Assembly (NCBI GenBank): GCA_963666515.2
Contig: OY762897.2
Coordinates: 3,648,001 to 3,712,000, forward strand
DNA length: 64,000 bases
Direction: 5' to 3'
Source: Candidatus Binatia bacterium
GTDB lineage: Bacteria > Desulfobacterota > Binatia > UBA9968 > JAJDTQ01
The notes under the pieces are model-generated. The model worked only from the letters and a program-made list of their open reading frames with translations, had not been told where the DNA came from and did not search any database. The position numbers and the translations under genes were made by a program. Within the stretch, counting starts at the first letter, position 1. The number at the start of each line of letters is the position of its first letter. Positions 47,700-58,205 of this stretch are shown here, one piece after another.

Positions 47700-48968
47700 A
47701 TGAGCCACCTCACCGGTCTCTCTTGCATCCGCTGCGGCGCCTCCTTCGGCATCGAGCCCCGCTTCGACGGGTGCCCGCAATGCCGAACCCAGGCACCCGC
47801 CAACCTGACGCCGCGTTACAACCTCGACGACGCCGCCAGGACGCTCTCCACGAAGTCGTTGGGCGATCGCCCCGCCGGCATGACGCGCTACCGCGAACTG
47901 CTGCCTCCGGACGTCCAGGATGCCCCTACCCTGGGCGAAGGGGAGACCCCGCTGCTTCGCTGCCAGCGCTACGGGCGCCGCCTCGGGCTTGACCGGCTCT
48001 ACCTCAAGGACGAATCGCAGAACCCGTCGGGCTCCTTCAAGGACCGGCTGGCCTTCACCGCCCTGGCCATGGCCGGGCGGTTCGGCGCCAAGGCCGTGGG
48101 GGTCAGCTCGACCGGCAACGCCGGCGCCGCGGCCGCGGCCTACGCCGCCCGCGCCGGGCTCCCCTGCATCGTGCTCACCGTGCAGGGCGCGGCCTCCGCC
48201 ATCGTCACCCAGATGCAGGCCTACGGCGCCATGGTGGTGGCCACCCGCACCAAGGCCGACCGCTGGAAGTTGCTGCAAACCGGGGTGGCCGAGTGGGGCT
48301 GGTATCCGACCTCGCCTTATTTCGGCCCGCCGGTGGGCAGCAACCCCTACGGCGTGGACGGCTACAAGACCCTCGCCTACGAGGTCTGCGAGCAGATGGA
48401 TTGGGAGGCGCCCGACTGGTGCGTGCTGCCGGTAGCGTACGGCGATGCGCTGTTCGGCATGTGGAAGGGTTTCGACGAGCTGGCGCGGCTCGGCTTCATT
48501 CACCAGCAGCCGCGCATGGCGGCCGCGGAGATGGCTGGCTGTCTCACGGCGGCGCTGGCTTCCGGCGAGGATGCCATTCCCGAGATCACGGCGCCGTCAC
48601 CCTACGTGGCCGGCTCCATCAGCGTGAACCAGAGCACCTACCAGGCGCTGCACGCGCTACGGGCGTCGGGCGGGATTGCCTGTGTAGCGGAGAACGACGA
48701 ATTGCTCGGCCTGCAACGGGAACTGGCCGCGGACGAGGGCATCTACGCCGAGCCGTCCTCCCTCGCCGCCCTTGCCGCGTTAGGCCGCCTGTGCGAAGAA
48801 GGCCGCATCGGCGGGAACGAAACGGTCATCGTCGTCAACACCGCCAGCGGCCTCAAGGACACCGCCGCCACCGCCGCTGCCGCACCGGAGATCCCCACCG
48901 TGGACGGCGACGCCATGCAATTCCTGGAGACCCTGAAAGATGCCTACGGATATCGTCCGAAGGCATGA
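47700..48968 (+). CDS. Threonine synthase-like PLP-dependent enzyme
   Basis: CxxC..CxxC N-terminus, LGEGETPL, KDESQNPSGSFKDR, SSTGNAG, EPSS, GLKD. Confidence 0.9.
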   Translation: MSHLTGLSCIRCGASFGIEPRFDGCPQCRTQAPANLTPRYNLDDAARTLSTKSLGDRPAGMTRYRELLPPDVQDAPTLGEGETPLLRCQRYGRRLGLDRLYLKDESQNPSGSFKDRLAFTALAMAGRFGAKAVGVSSTGNAGAAAAAYAARAGLPCIVLTVQGAASAIVTQMQAYGAMVVATRTKADRWKLLQTGVAEWGWYPTSPYFGPPVGSNPYGVDGYKTLAYEVCEQMDWEAPDWCVLPVAYGDALFGMWKGFDELARLGFIHQQPRMAAAEMAGCLTAALASGEDAIPEITAPSPYVAGSISVNQSTYQALHALRASGGIACVAENDELLGLQRELAADEGIYAEPSSLAALAALGRLCEEGRIGGNETVIVVNTASGLKDTAATAAAAPEIPTVDGDAMQFLETLKDAYGYRPKA

Positions 48969-48972
48969 CGCC

Positions 48973-49083
48973 CACACCCGTCATTCCGGCGAAAGCCGGA
49001 ATCCAGGGATGGGGGCAGGGCGGTACCGGCAACCCCACCCCCGCCGCTCCTGGATTCCGGCTTTCGCCGGAATGACGGGTGTG
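48973..49083. repeat. Palindromic intergenic REP/MITE-like element
   Basis: 35-bp perfect inverted arms CACACCCGTCATTCCGGCGAAAGCCGGAATCCAGG at 48973-49007 and 49049-49083, each with an internal hairpin. Confidence 0.88.
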
Positions 49084-49130
49084 ACATGTCGTCAGATATC
49101 CGCCTTCAAGGAAGGGGTTGACGGGAATCC

Positions 49131-50135
49131 ATGAAGTTCAGCATCCAGCTTCCCACCTGCACCGAGGGCCTCGTGAACCCGGTCCCGTTCGTGGCGCCGG
49201 ACGACTTCATCCGCATGGCGCAGGAAGCCGAGCGGCTCGGCTACGACGCCGTGTGGGGCAACGACCACGTCACCCCGGCGTCCTACGCGCGGCAGAAATG
49301 GCCGGAGCCGCCCAACTTCTACGAGGTGCTGGTGACCCTGGCCGCGGTCGGCGCCCGCACCACCCGCATCCGGCTGGGCACGGCCGTGCTCGTGCTGCCG
49401 CTGCGCGACCCGGTGCTGCTGGCCAAGCAGGTGAGCACCCTGGACCGCTTCACCAACGGCCGGGTCATCCTGGGCACCGGCATCGGCGCCTACCGGGAGG
49501 AGTTCGACGCCCAGTGGCCGCGGCGGAAGGCCGAGCGGCGCGGCGACCTGCTGGACGAGAGCCTGGCGGCGCTGCAATGCCTGTTCCGGGACACGGACGC
49601 CACCTACGAGAGCCGGCACATCGCCTTCCGGCACATCGCCATGCGCCCCAAGCCGCTGCAGGACCCGCTGCCCATCTTCGTGGGCGGACACAACGAGGCC
49701 ATGATCCGGCGCGCGGCCCGGCTCGGCCAGGGGTGGCTGCCGGGCTGGCGGCCCTTCGAGCAGATCGTCGAGCGCGTGGCATTGCTACGCAGGCTGACGG
49801 AGGAAGCCGGACGGGAACCCAGAGCGGTAGAGGCATGCTCCCAGTTCACCCTGTGCATCGGCAAGACCGTGGAGGAGGCGCGGGCCCGCTACCGCAGCAC
49901 CGGCATGGTCCAGCACCGGGTGTCCCTGGCGCACACCGGCCGAGACCCGGCCCTGGCCGAGACCCACAACCTCATCGGCAGCCCGGCCAGCATCCTGGAG
50001 CAGGTGGCGTTCCTGGACAAGGCCGGCATCGACCACATCTGCGCCTTGCAGTTCCCCTCGGACACGGGCGCGGAGATGCTGGAGCAGATCCAGTGGCTGG
50101 CCGAGGAGGTCATGAAGCCGTTCAACGGAGGTTGA
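49131..50135 (+). CDS. LLM class flavin/F420-dependent oxidoreductase
   Basis: AERLGYDAVWGNDH, TTRIRLGTAV..RDPVLLAKQ, PKPLQDPLPIFVGG. Confidence 0.93.
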   Translation: MKFSIQLPTCTEGLVNPVPFVAPDDFIRMAQEAERLGYDAVWGNDHVTPASYARQKWPEPPNFYEVLVTLAAVGARTTRIRLGTAVLVLPLRDPVLLAKQVSTLDRFTNGRVILGTGIGAYREEFDAQWPRRKAERRGDLLDESLAALQCLFRDTDATYESRHIAFRHIAMRPKPLQDPLPIFVGGHNEAMIRRAARLGQGWLPGWRPFEQIVERVALLRRLTEEAGREPRAVEACSQFTLCIGKTVEEARARYRSTGMVQHRVSLAHTGRDPALAETHNLIGSPASILEQVAFLDKAGIDHICALQFPSDTGAEMLEQIQWLAEEVMKPFNGG

Positions 50136-50305
50136 AGCAGATAGGAGAGGCATGCCGCGCGGACCTTACGCGCCCGTTCAACTGGCCACACGGAGGTTTC
50201 CTGAGCGTCACCCGCGTGAGCGATGCGAGCCTCTTGCCACGCCGGAACCGCGTGTTATGCTTCCCGGATCGGTAGCTGAGCTTCTGTCAAGACTGCGGAG
50301 TTCCT

Positions 50306-51790
50306 TTGGCCACGGCCCACCACGATGTCAAGACGCTCGGTGCGTACTTCACGCCGGAGGTAGTGGCGGATGCCTTGGTGCGATGGGCCGTTCGCGACCC
50401 CGGCGACCTCCTGCTCGATCCATCGAGCGGCGATGGCCGCTTCGTTGCGCGTCATCCGAACAGCGTCGGCATCGAACGGGATCCGGCGTCGGTCGCACAA
50501 GCGTCCGTGCGGGCTCCGAATGCGACACTCGTAAACAGCGATTTCTTCACGTGGGTGTCTGACGACCACCGCCAGTTCGACTGCGCAGCCGGTAATCCTC
50601 CCTTCATTCGGTATCAGCGGTTCAGCGGCCCGACCCGGCAGGCCGCACTCGACTACTGCCGCCGCCTGGGCGTCATCTTCAGCGGCTTGTCGTCATCATG
50701 GGCGCCGTTCATCGTGGCGGCGGCCAGCAAGCTCCGCGCAGGCGGTCGGATCGCTTTCGTCGTACCGGCGGAGATCGGTCATGCGCCCTACGCCACGCCG
50801 CTCATGGACTACCTTCTGGCCAACTTCGGTTCCGTGCACGTGGTCGCCATCAGAGAAAAGATCTTTCCACGGCTCTCGGAGGACTGTTGGCTGCTGTTCG
50901 CAGACAGAGCCGGTTGTCAGGCGGACGGTATCCGTTTGTCGAAGCTCGAACGATTCGACCCCAGTGGCATACCGCCAGCGGTGTCGGAACTGATATCGGT
51001 CGAGGAGTGGCGTGTCGGATGGGGTGGCAGGCTGCGGCCGTTCCTGTTGCCGGCGCGCATCCGGAGCCTCTATCAGCGCATTACGACCGACTCCGGGACC
51101 GTCCGGCTCGGTCGAATCGCGCAGATCGGTATCGGATACGTGAGCGGCGCGAACCACTTCTTTCATCTGCGCCCTTCCGACGTGGAGCGCTTCCGGATAC
51201 CCGACAAATTCCTCGTGCCGTCGATCAGGAACAGCCGATACGTCACCGGCACCGAGATTAACGACGCTGACATCGAGCGGTGGACCGCGAAAAACGAGCC
51301 CGTGTTCCTTTTGCGAATCCCACCCCGCACACAGGTGCCCGCTACGGTCCAGGCGTATCTCGACACCGAGGAAGGGCATCGTGCCAGAGGCTCCTACAAG
51401 TGCCGCAACCGCAAACCATGGTACACCGTTCCCGACGTTCGGCGTCCTGCGTTTGTGCTCACATACATGAGCGGCAGATCCCCGACGCTCGTCGCGAATC
51501 GGAGCAGATGCACCTGCACGAATGCACTCTTGGCAGTCGATCTCCGGCCCGAACTGTTCAACGGTGGTAGCGACTTCTGCGGCCAACGACTGTCAGCAGC
51601 GTGGGGTTCACCCGTCGGGCGGCTGAGTTGCGAGATCGAAGGACATCCACTGGGGGGCGGGATGCTCAAGCTCGAGCCGGGAGAAGCGCGTAATGTGCTC
51701 CTGGCTCCGGACGCGGTGATCCAACAGCCTGATGCCGCGCTGCTCGACGAAGGTATCGAAATGATGCGCCAATGGAGGCACGTCGCGTGA
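50306..51790 (+). CDS. Type II N6-adenine DNA methyltransferase (gamma class)
   Basis: GAYFTP (motif X), LLDPSSGDG (I), GNPPF (IV), then TRD and C-terminal GGGMLKLEP. Confidence 0.92.
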   Translation: MATAHHDVKTLGAYFTPEVVADALVRWAVRDPGDLLLDPSSGDGRFVARHPNSVGIERDPASVAQASVRAPNATLVNSDFFTWVSDDHRQFDCAAGNPPFIRYQRFSGPTRQAALDYCRRLGVIFSGLSSSWAPFIVAAASKLRAGGRIAFVVPAEIGHAPYATPLMDYLLANFGSVHVVAIREKIFPRLSEDCWLLFADRAGCQADGIRLSKLERFDPSGIPPAVSELISVEEWRVGWGGRLRPFLLPARIRSLYQRITTDSGTVRLGRIAQIGIGYVSGANHFFHLRPSDVERFRIPDKFLVPSIRNSRYVTGTEINDADIERWTAKNEPVFLLRIPPRTQVPATVQAYLDTEEGHRARGSYKCRNRKPWYTVPDVRRPAFVLTYMSGRSPTLVANRSRCTCTNALLAVDLRPELFNGGSDFCGQRLSAAWGSPVGRLSCEIEGHPLGGGMLKLEPGEARNVLLAPDAVIQQPDAALLDEGIEMMRQWRHVA

Positions 51791-52680
51791 GTGCCTGCGA
51801 GTGGATATCGCTCAGGTCGGCCCTTGCCCACTTCGTCACGTTCCGCGGGGCGCCACAGAGCCAACGACACATCAAGCCGCTTCATTGGTACGTCGCCTGC
51901 AGGCTCGTCGTAGAAGGTGGATTCCACCCAGACGAGATCATGCCACGCCCGCCGTTCCGGGTGGACGAGAGCCGCAGACAGCCGGTGTTGATCCATGATC
52001 CGAGCCTCGGCGGTGCCGGTGAACGGACTGTCTACGGCGGTCTCAAGACCAAGGACGTAGACGTTGTCGTGACCAAGGAGGGGATCGGGCCGGTGCTCGC
52101 GGTCTCCTGCAAAGGGGCAATCGGTGCGTTCCGGAATCTCACGAATCGGATGGAAGAAGCGGTCGGCGACTGCACCAATCTTCACATCGCCTATCCGCCG
52201 CTCGTGTGCGGTTACTTGTTCATCATGCGGGCAAACCGCGCTGAGGAAATCGGGTTGGTCCGCCAACCGGAGTCATCGCAGCAGCCCGTTCGGCCGGTCG
52301 CGGAGAACGATGTGGCCCTTGACGAACGCGGCCAGCCAGTCGCGGCAGTTCGACGATTCCATGCGGCGCTTCGCGAATTGGCCGACAGACGCGGCATTCG
52401 AGACGACGTGAGCCGTTACGAAGCGATCTCACTCGCGCTCGCTTCGACCCGGCCGGAGGAGGTCGGAGAGATCGTCAACGAGTTCCCCGATCCAGGCAGT
52501 GCGCTACGGTTCGAACGGTTCTTCGAGACGGTATACCGACAATACGACGAACGATTCGTCTACGCCGCTCCCGACCTCAGGAAGGTGACGGCTCGCAAGG
52601 AGTGGGCGAAGGCGTCCGAAGCCTTCAGTACAACAACGCTGACCGACATGGACTACGAACCGAGAAGCCGCGAGTCTTGA
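51787..52680 (+). CDS. Putative type II restriction endonuclease (PaeR7I/XhoI-like)
   Basis: GTGA coupling to the MTase; KDVDVVV..AVSCKG..NLTNRMEEAVG. Confidence 0.72.
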   Translation: MSACEWISLRSALAHFVTFRGAPQSQRHIKPLHWYVACRLVVEGGFHPDEIMPRPPFRVDESRRQPVLIHDPSLGGAGERTVYGGLKTKDVDVVVTKEGIGPVLAVSCKGAIGAFRNLTNRMEEAVGDCTNLHIAYPPLVCGYLFIMRANRAEEIGLVRQPESSQQPVRPVAENDVALDERGQPVAAVRRFHAALRELADRRGIRDDVSRYEAISLALASTRPEEVGEIVNEFPDPGSALRFERFFETVYRQYDERFVYAAPDLRKVTARKEWAKASEAFSTTTLTDMDYEPRSRES

Positions 52681-52714
52681 TCACGACCCGGAACGGCACC
52701 TCCCAAGAGAACAA

Positions 52715-53758
52715 ATGCCCGACATCCAGTTCGACCTCGGCTTCAGTTCGCGAACCGTCGCCGCCTACCCGCTGGCCCGGCGGGTGGCCATCATCAAGAG
52801 CGCGGAGGCGCTCGGCTTCGACCGCCTGTGGCATTCCAACGAAAAGTTCGGCCGCGACATGGTGGCCAACATGACCCTGAGCGCCGCCCACACTGAACGC
52901 ATCGGCATCGGCGCCGCGGTCACCGACCCCTACAGCGTCCACCCCTCCCTTACTGCCGCGGCCATGGCCACGGTGGACGACATCTCCTCCGGCCGCGTCA
53001 TCGTCGGCATCGGCGCCGGCGGCTCCGGCTTTCCCGCCATGGGCATCCAGCGGGAGCATCCGGTGGCGGCCACAGGGGACGCCATCGCCATCATGCGCGG
53101 CATGTGGGCCGGCAAGCCCGCGACCGTGGACGGAAAAGTCGTGAGCGTCCGGAGCGGGGTCCTGGGGTTCAAGGCCCGCGCCGACATCCGCATCGTGATC
53201 GCCACCCGCGGACCCGCGATGTTCCGCTTGGCCGGCCGAGTCGCCGACGGCGCCATGATCGCCACCATGGCTACCCCCGAGGGCGTCGGCATAGCCTGGG
53301 ATTTCGTGCGGCAAGGCGCGCAACAGGCCGGCCGCGACCCGGAAGATATCGAGATCATCTCGCGCGTCGACACCTGCGTGGACCGGGACCGCGATAAAGC
53401 CCGCGCCGGGGTCAAGCAGATGATCGCCTTCCTGTTGTGGAGCAGCTACCCCAACCGCGACTTCGTCACGCAGTTGGGCATGGAGGTTCCGGCCGAGTTG
53501 GAAGCCATAATCGCCAAGCGCGACTACGAACTAATGTTCGAGGCCGGCCCCCTCGTCCCCGAGGAGTTCGTCGACGCCTTCGCCTGGGCCGGCACCCCCG
53601 AGGAAGTCGCCGCCAAAATCACCCGCATCGCCGAAATGGGCATCCGCCGCTTCGGCACCTGGGTGCTCGCACCGCCGGGAGGGGGGATCGAGTCGGTGAT
53701 TCAGCTCATCGCCGAGGAGGTGATGCCGCGGGTGCGGGGAGGCGGGGACGGTGGATGA
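52715..53758 (+). CDS. LLM class oxidoreductase (Mer-like)
   Basis: AEALGFDRLW, TERIGIGAAVTDPY..HP, SSGRVIVGIGAG. Confidence 0.92.
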   Translation: MPDIQFDLGFSSRTVAAYPLARRVAIIKSAEALGFDRLWHSNEKFGRDMVANMTLSAAHTERIGIGAAVTDPYSVHPSLTAAAMATVDDISSGRVIVGIGAGGSGFPAMGIQREHPVAATGDAIAIMRGMWAGKPATVDGKVVSVRSGVLGFKARADIRIVIATRGPAMFRLAGRVADGAMIATMATPEGVGIAWDFVRQGAQQAGRDPEDIEIISRVDTCVDRDRDKARAGVKQMIAFLLWSSYPNRDFVTQLGMEVPAELEAIIAKRDYELMFEAGPLVPEEFVDAFAWAGTPEEVAAKITRIAEMGIRRFGTWVLAPPGGGIESVIQLIAEEVMPRVRGGGDGG

Positions 53759-56540
53759 AACGTTTGCTCACACCGACTACCGCCAACCTGTCGATATAGT
53801 GGAACATTGTCCATGCCTCGCATGGGCCGAACCTATATTGCGGACGCAACCGTATTGTGGAAACTCGCGGCAAGCCACCTCACTTCTATAGGATCAGGAA
53901 TGGTTCCACTCAATTCACCAGAACTCGACCGTCTCGCAAAATTCCTGGCGAAATACAACTTCCGATCTTCCGTCACGCAACTTGCTGGCCTTCTTACGGT
54001 ACCATCACTGCAGGCCAACACAATCCGCATAGAAACCGCCGTTCATCTAGCCGTCGCACATTGCCAAGGGCGCAACAAACCGGGGAAAACGGAGATTGGC
54101 CACTGGTTGAACCGGGAACTTGGCAATACAACGATTGCTCTTCTTGAGGATCCTGCCAACGACGTCTTCGTCACCAATATCGAAACGCCCAACGGCAATC
54201 GCCGTATCTTCGAAGGGATCTGGGAAACCAATGACTACTTCCTCCAGACTGTTCTCGACCTCCTATTGGGAGTCTCCCCGCAAAATGAACTCCAGAGTCT
54301 CATCAATCCCGTATTTGCTCTGCTAAGGCTAAGCGACTGCGTCGCCGAACGGGTCGGACTACAAAGATGGCACGCTGAACACTCCGATCCGAAAACCAAG
54401 ATCGATGTACCTGCTGCAAATGGAATGGCGGAACGAGCTCGCGCAGTAACGTTCTCAGACAACGACCTTGCCTCCTTGGAAATCGACCGTAATCTCTTAG
54501 AACCGTTTATTCTAAAAAGCCACGAAAGACAGATACTCACTACCGAAACGATCGGCAACACATCCCTCGAAAGACGTCCTCTTGTCGACTGTCGTGGCAC
54601 TCTAGTTCTAGCTTTGCCACACGCAGTTAGCCCTGCGATCCGCAGATACGTACTGTCTGAGCTCTTGCGCAAAGATCACCTGCCAAGTTTCGCTCGCGCT
54701 TTGGAAGACTTCCAAGCCCGACAAATTATGATGGAAGGCTTTCAAGAATTGAATACGGACATCGGGCCCCTGGACATCCCCGCGCCGTCTGACGAGAGAC
54801 CGAGACTTACAGACTGGTTATATAAGTATGACACCGACAAATACCTTCACGTAGTCTTGCTCCATGACCGGTTGGACCTGCTGGAGAAGGAAGGCCTGAC
54901 CAGTTTCATGCGATATCCACCACGACGAAGCAGGGCGTTTGACAACCATCTTCATGGGGTTGCCAACTATTGTGCTTCGTTGCCGGATTTTGGCGAAGGT
55001 ACCACACTACTGATATTGGGTGGGCTCGGCCGCGGCTTCGGCCTAAATTTCACAAAATTGCCAAATCGGTGGCATTCTTCTGTTATTCGGATATCGGACT
55101 TCCTCAACCTGGCCAAAACTCCCGATCTTCCGGTGACACACTATCTTAAGTTTCTTCGCCAGAAAGACCACCTGAAGGACGCGGGCGTCCGCTTTATGGA
55201 CGTCGAGGGTGACTTCAACCTCTACGGCTACTGGCATCAATCGGACTATCAGCTATTGCCCGTCGATCTCCCATTGGGTCCAGAGGCTTTAGTTGCCATA
55301 TGGCCTGACTTTGTTTTGTCGTCCCGACAAAAAGCTCGAAGACTTGTTGACGAGCATGTCACTCAAGATACAGAAGGCCACCACTTGCCCGTCAGGCGCT
55401 TTTTCCGCGAGGAGTTTTTCCGATCCCTAGAGGATCGGCCCATTTATGTGAGTATGCCCCATCTACAGGCCGGTGTACTTGCCGGCGTGGTGGAAACAAA
55501 GCACGGTCCATGTTGGTTGTCCGTGGGGGGATCTAGACTTCATAAGGGCGGTAGTCCTTTTGTTTTCAAGATGTGGCGCGGCTTCCTTGAACTATATGAC
55601 AGGCTCGCGGGCCAGCTTGAATCAAGCGGTCTGCCGATGACAACAGGCCCGCTAGAGATCCAACTCAACCTCTCCAACGTGCAAATGCCGGACAGCGACA
55701 GCAGCTCACAAGCCAACGCGACCAGCGAACCCCAGATCGTTGTCGACATCAACCGACGAACGGCGGTGATTGAGTTTTCGCCGAGTATGCTCCAGTCATT
55801 TCAACAACCGGAGAACTTCGGAGAACGATTCGTCCTCAGAAGCATCGCCCAGGCCCTCGTGAGACTCCGTAACGTGGTGGATATGGGTTGTGAAGTCAAG
55901 TTTGTGGAAATGCTCATAGACAACGTACTTGAAAAACCTGATATTCGAGTTCTTCACCTGTTGCCCGTGCATGACTCTGTTGACGGTTTACAACAGAGCA
56001 ATAGTCCACAGGCCATATTTGTAGCTCCCGAGGACCACGCTTTCGCTACCCTCGGGTTGTCCGAAGGCTGCATACCAACTCCGAATTCCACCGCAATCAC
56101 CGAAAAATCTGACTGCAACCGCTTCCTTCGCTCTGTCGTTGACAAAGTCTGGAGAGAAATACGTGACCGCCTGCGACAATTGGACCGTACATCTGTCATT
56201 TGTAAGTTGCTAAACGTGCATGAAGCTATTGGGCACGACAGAGACCATTGGAAGCGTACGGCACGGGCTCTAATTGCACTCTATGCGACCGGGGACGACG
56301 TTTTCGCCGTCGCGCGCGATCGTGAAGCAAAACGGGCCGTTGTCGGACTATCGTCGCGTACACTCCTGGAGATGGCCGTCTGTGAGTGTCCCGAAGTCGA
56401 TGGCCGTAATCTTTCACGCTGGGAACTTGACGATCTCCTGGCCAATACGACGTTAATGCTCGAAGCTGCCACGGGTTCGGACGCTATTGCCTATGACCTA
56501 GTCGAACCTCAAATACACTTACATTCAAATGGTCAATACA

Positions 56541-58205
56541 CCCGTCAGTTGCAAAACGCCCTCTTGAAGAGCCCGCTCAGGCCGTCCTACAAAGGCTCTC
56601 CGGTGTCATACGGCAAATAGCTCAGGCTCACCATCTGTGAAGCTAAGCCACAGCCGCCCGTGAGATAAAATCGAGGGGGGTTGTTGCGACATTTTTTCGA
56701 ACAAAACGAGGTGAGCTCAAGGATGTGGTCTCCGAAACTGATATAATCATCGTTGGTATCATCCCAATACCCGATGAAACGGAGACCACGAAATGAAACT
56801 TAGCAGAACCGCGGTTCGAGGTAAAGCCACGCTGGGCATGGAGGTTCGATTCGAGCCGCAGAAACTGACATCGTATTCGGGGCTCATCCTCTTTCAGTGC
56901 TTCTTTTCCCACCTGGGTCTCAAGGAGCGGCTGGGGCGGTGCTTCCGCCACCTGAAAGCCAATCCGATCTACGGTCACCACGTCGTGTTGCTGCTGCTGG
57001 TGGTGCATCTCATCATCGGACACCGACAGTTGCAAGACTTGGCGTACTACCGGGATGATGAACTGGTCCGGCGGTTGCTTGGGCTGAAACGCTTGCCGGA
57101 CGTGTCTACCGTGAGCCGCTCGCTGAAGAGTGCCGACGCGTGCAGCGTCGACAACGTCCGCGCCGAGTCGAGAACGGTGGTCATCGAGCGCCTGGTGGCC
57201 GAAGGTTTCGCGACTATCACCCTGGACTTCGACGGCTCGGTCTTGAGCACCGGGCGCCACGCCGAGGGCACCGCGGTGGGGTTCAACAAGAAGAAGAAAG
57301 GGGCGCGCAGCTACTACCCCCTGTTTTGCACCGTGGCCCAGACCGACCAGGTGCTCGACGTGCACCATCGGCCGGGAAACGTCCATGACTCCAAGGGCGC
57401 CGATGCCTTCATCCAGGGCTGTGTGTGCACCGTGCGCGCAAGCCTGCCCCGGGCCAGGATCGAGGTGCGCATGGACAGCGCCTTCTTCAGCAGGGATATC
57501 GTCGACCGGCTTCACTCCCTGGGTGTCACCTTCACCGTCTCGGTGCCCTTCGAGCGCTTGGCCGAACTGAAGGGGATGATCGAAGGCAGACAACGATGGC
57601 GGCCCATGGCCAATGGACTCGGCTACTTCGAGACCCGCTGGAAGCCCAAGTCCTGGAACACCCGCTATCGCTTCGTCTTCATCAGAAAACCCGTCCGATA
57701 CCAGGACAAGGAGGAAATCCAACTCGACCTCTTCAAGCCGGTCTCCCATGGGTACGAGTTCAAGGTCATCGTCACCAACAAGAGAATCCGCCCACGCAAC
57801 GTGGCGCTCTTCCACGAAGGACGGGGATCCCAAGAGGGTATCTTCGCCGAGTTGAAGTCCCACTGCCAAATGGGCTACGTGCCCGTCAAAACACGCGTCG
57901 GGAACCAGTTGTACATGTTCGCCAGCATCCTCGCTCACAACCTCACCCGCGAACTCCAGATGCGAATCCACCCCCGTGAGCGTTCCACCACAGCCAAGCG
58001 CCCCGCCCTGTGGTGCTTCCGCGAAATCGGAACCCTGCGCCGTACCCTCATTCAACGAGCCGGACGTATCATTCGCCCCGCCGGCAAGCTCATCCTGTCG
58101 ATGAATACCAATCCGAATCTCGAAGCAGAACTGCGTCACGCCCTCGCAGCCCTCACGCCCCGCGCCTGACTCTTAAATTCAGCCGTGGTTTTTGCAACAA
58201 TCGAG
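56541..58205 (+). mobile_element. IS1380-family insertion sequence (1665 bp)
   Basis: IRL CCCGTCAGTTGCAAAA; IRR reverse complement CTCGATTGTTGCAAAA; flanking direct repeat TACA at 56537-56540 and 58206-58209. Confidence 0.92.
56793..58169 (+). CDS. IS1380 family DDE transposase
   Basis: LTSYSGL, LDFDGS, YYPL, RMDSAFF, RGSQEGIFAELK. Confidence 0.94.
   Translation: MKLSRTAVRGKATLGMEVRFEPQKLTSYSGLILFQCFFSHLGLKERLGRCFRHLKANPIYGHHVVLLLLVVHLIIGHRQLQDLAYYRDDELVRRLLGLKRLPDVSTVSRSLKSADACSVDNVRAESRTVVIERLVAEGFATITLDFDGSVLSTGRHAEGTAVGFNKKKKGARSYYPLFCTVAQTDQVLDVHHRPGNVHDSKGADAFIQGCVCTVRASLPRARIEVRMDSAFFSRDIVDRLHSLGVTFTVSVPFERLAELKGMIEGRQRWRPMANGLGYFETRWKPKSWNTRYRFVFIRKPVRYQDKEEIQLDLFKPVSHGYEFKVIVTNKRIRPRNVALFHEGRGSQEGIFAELKSHCQMGYVPVKTRVGNQLYMFASILAHNLTRELQMRIHPRERSTTAKRPALWCFREIGTLRRTLIQRAGRIIRPAGKLILSMNTNPNLEAELRHALAALTPRA

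Noticed and set aside
56643-58139. 498-aa ORF antisense to the IS1380 transposase
   Set aside because: Mirrors the transposase frame with no recognisable domain.
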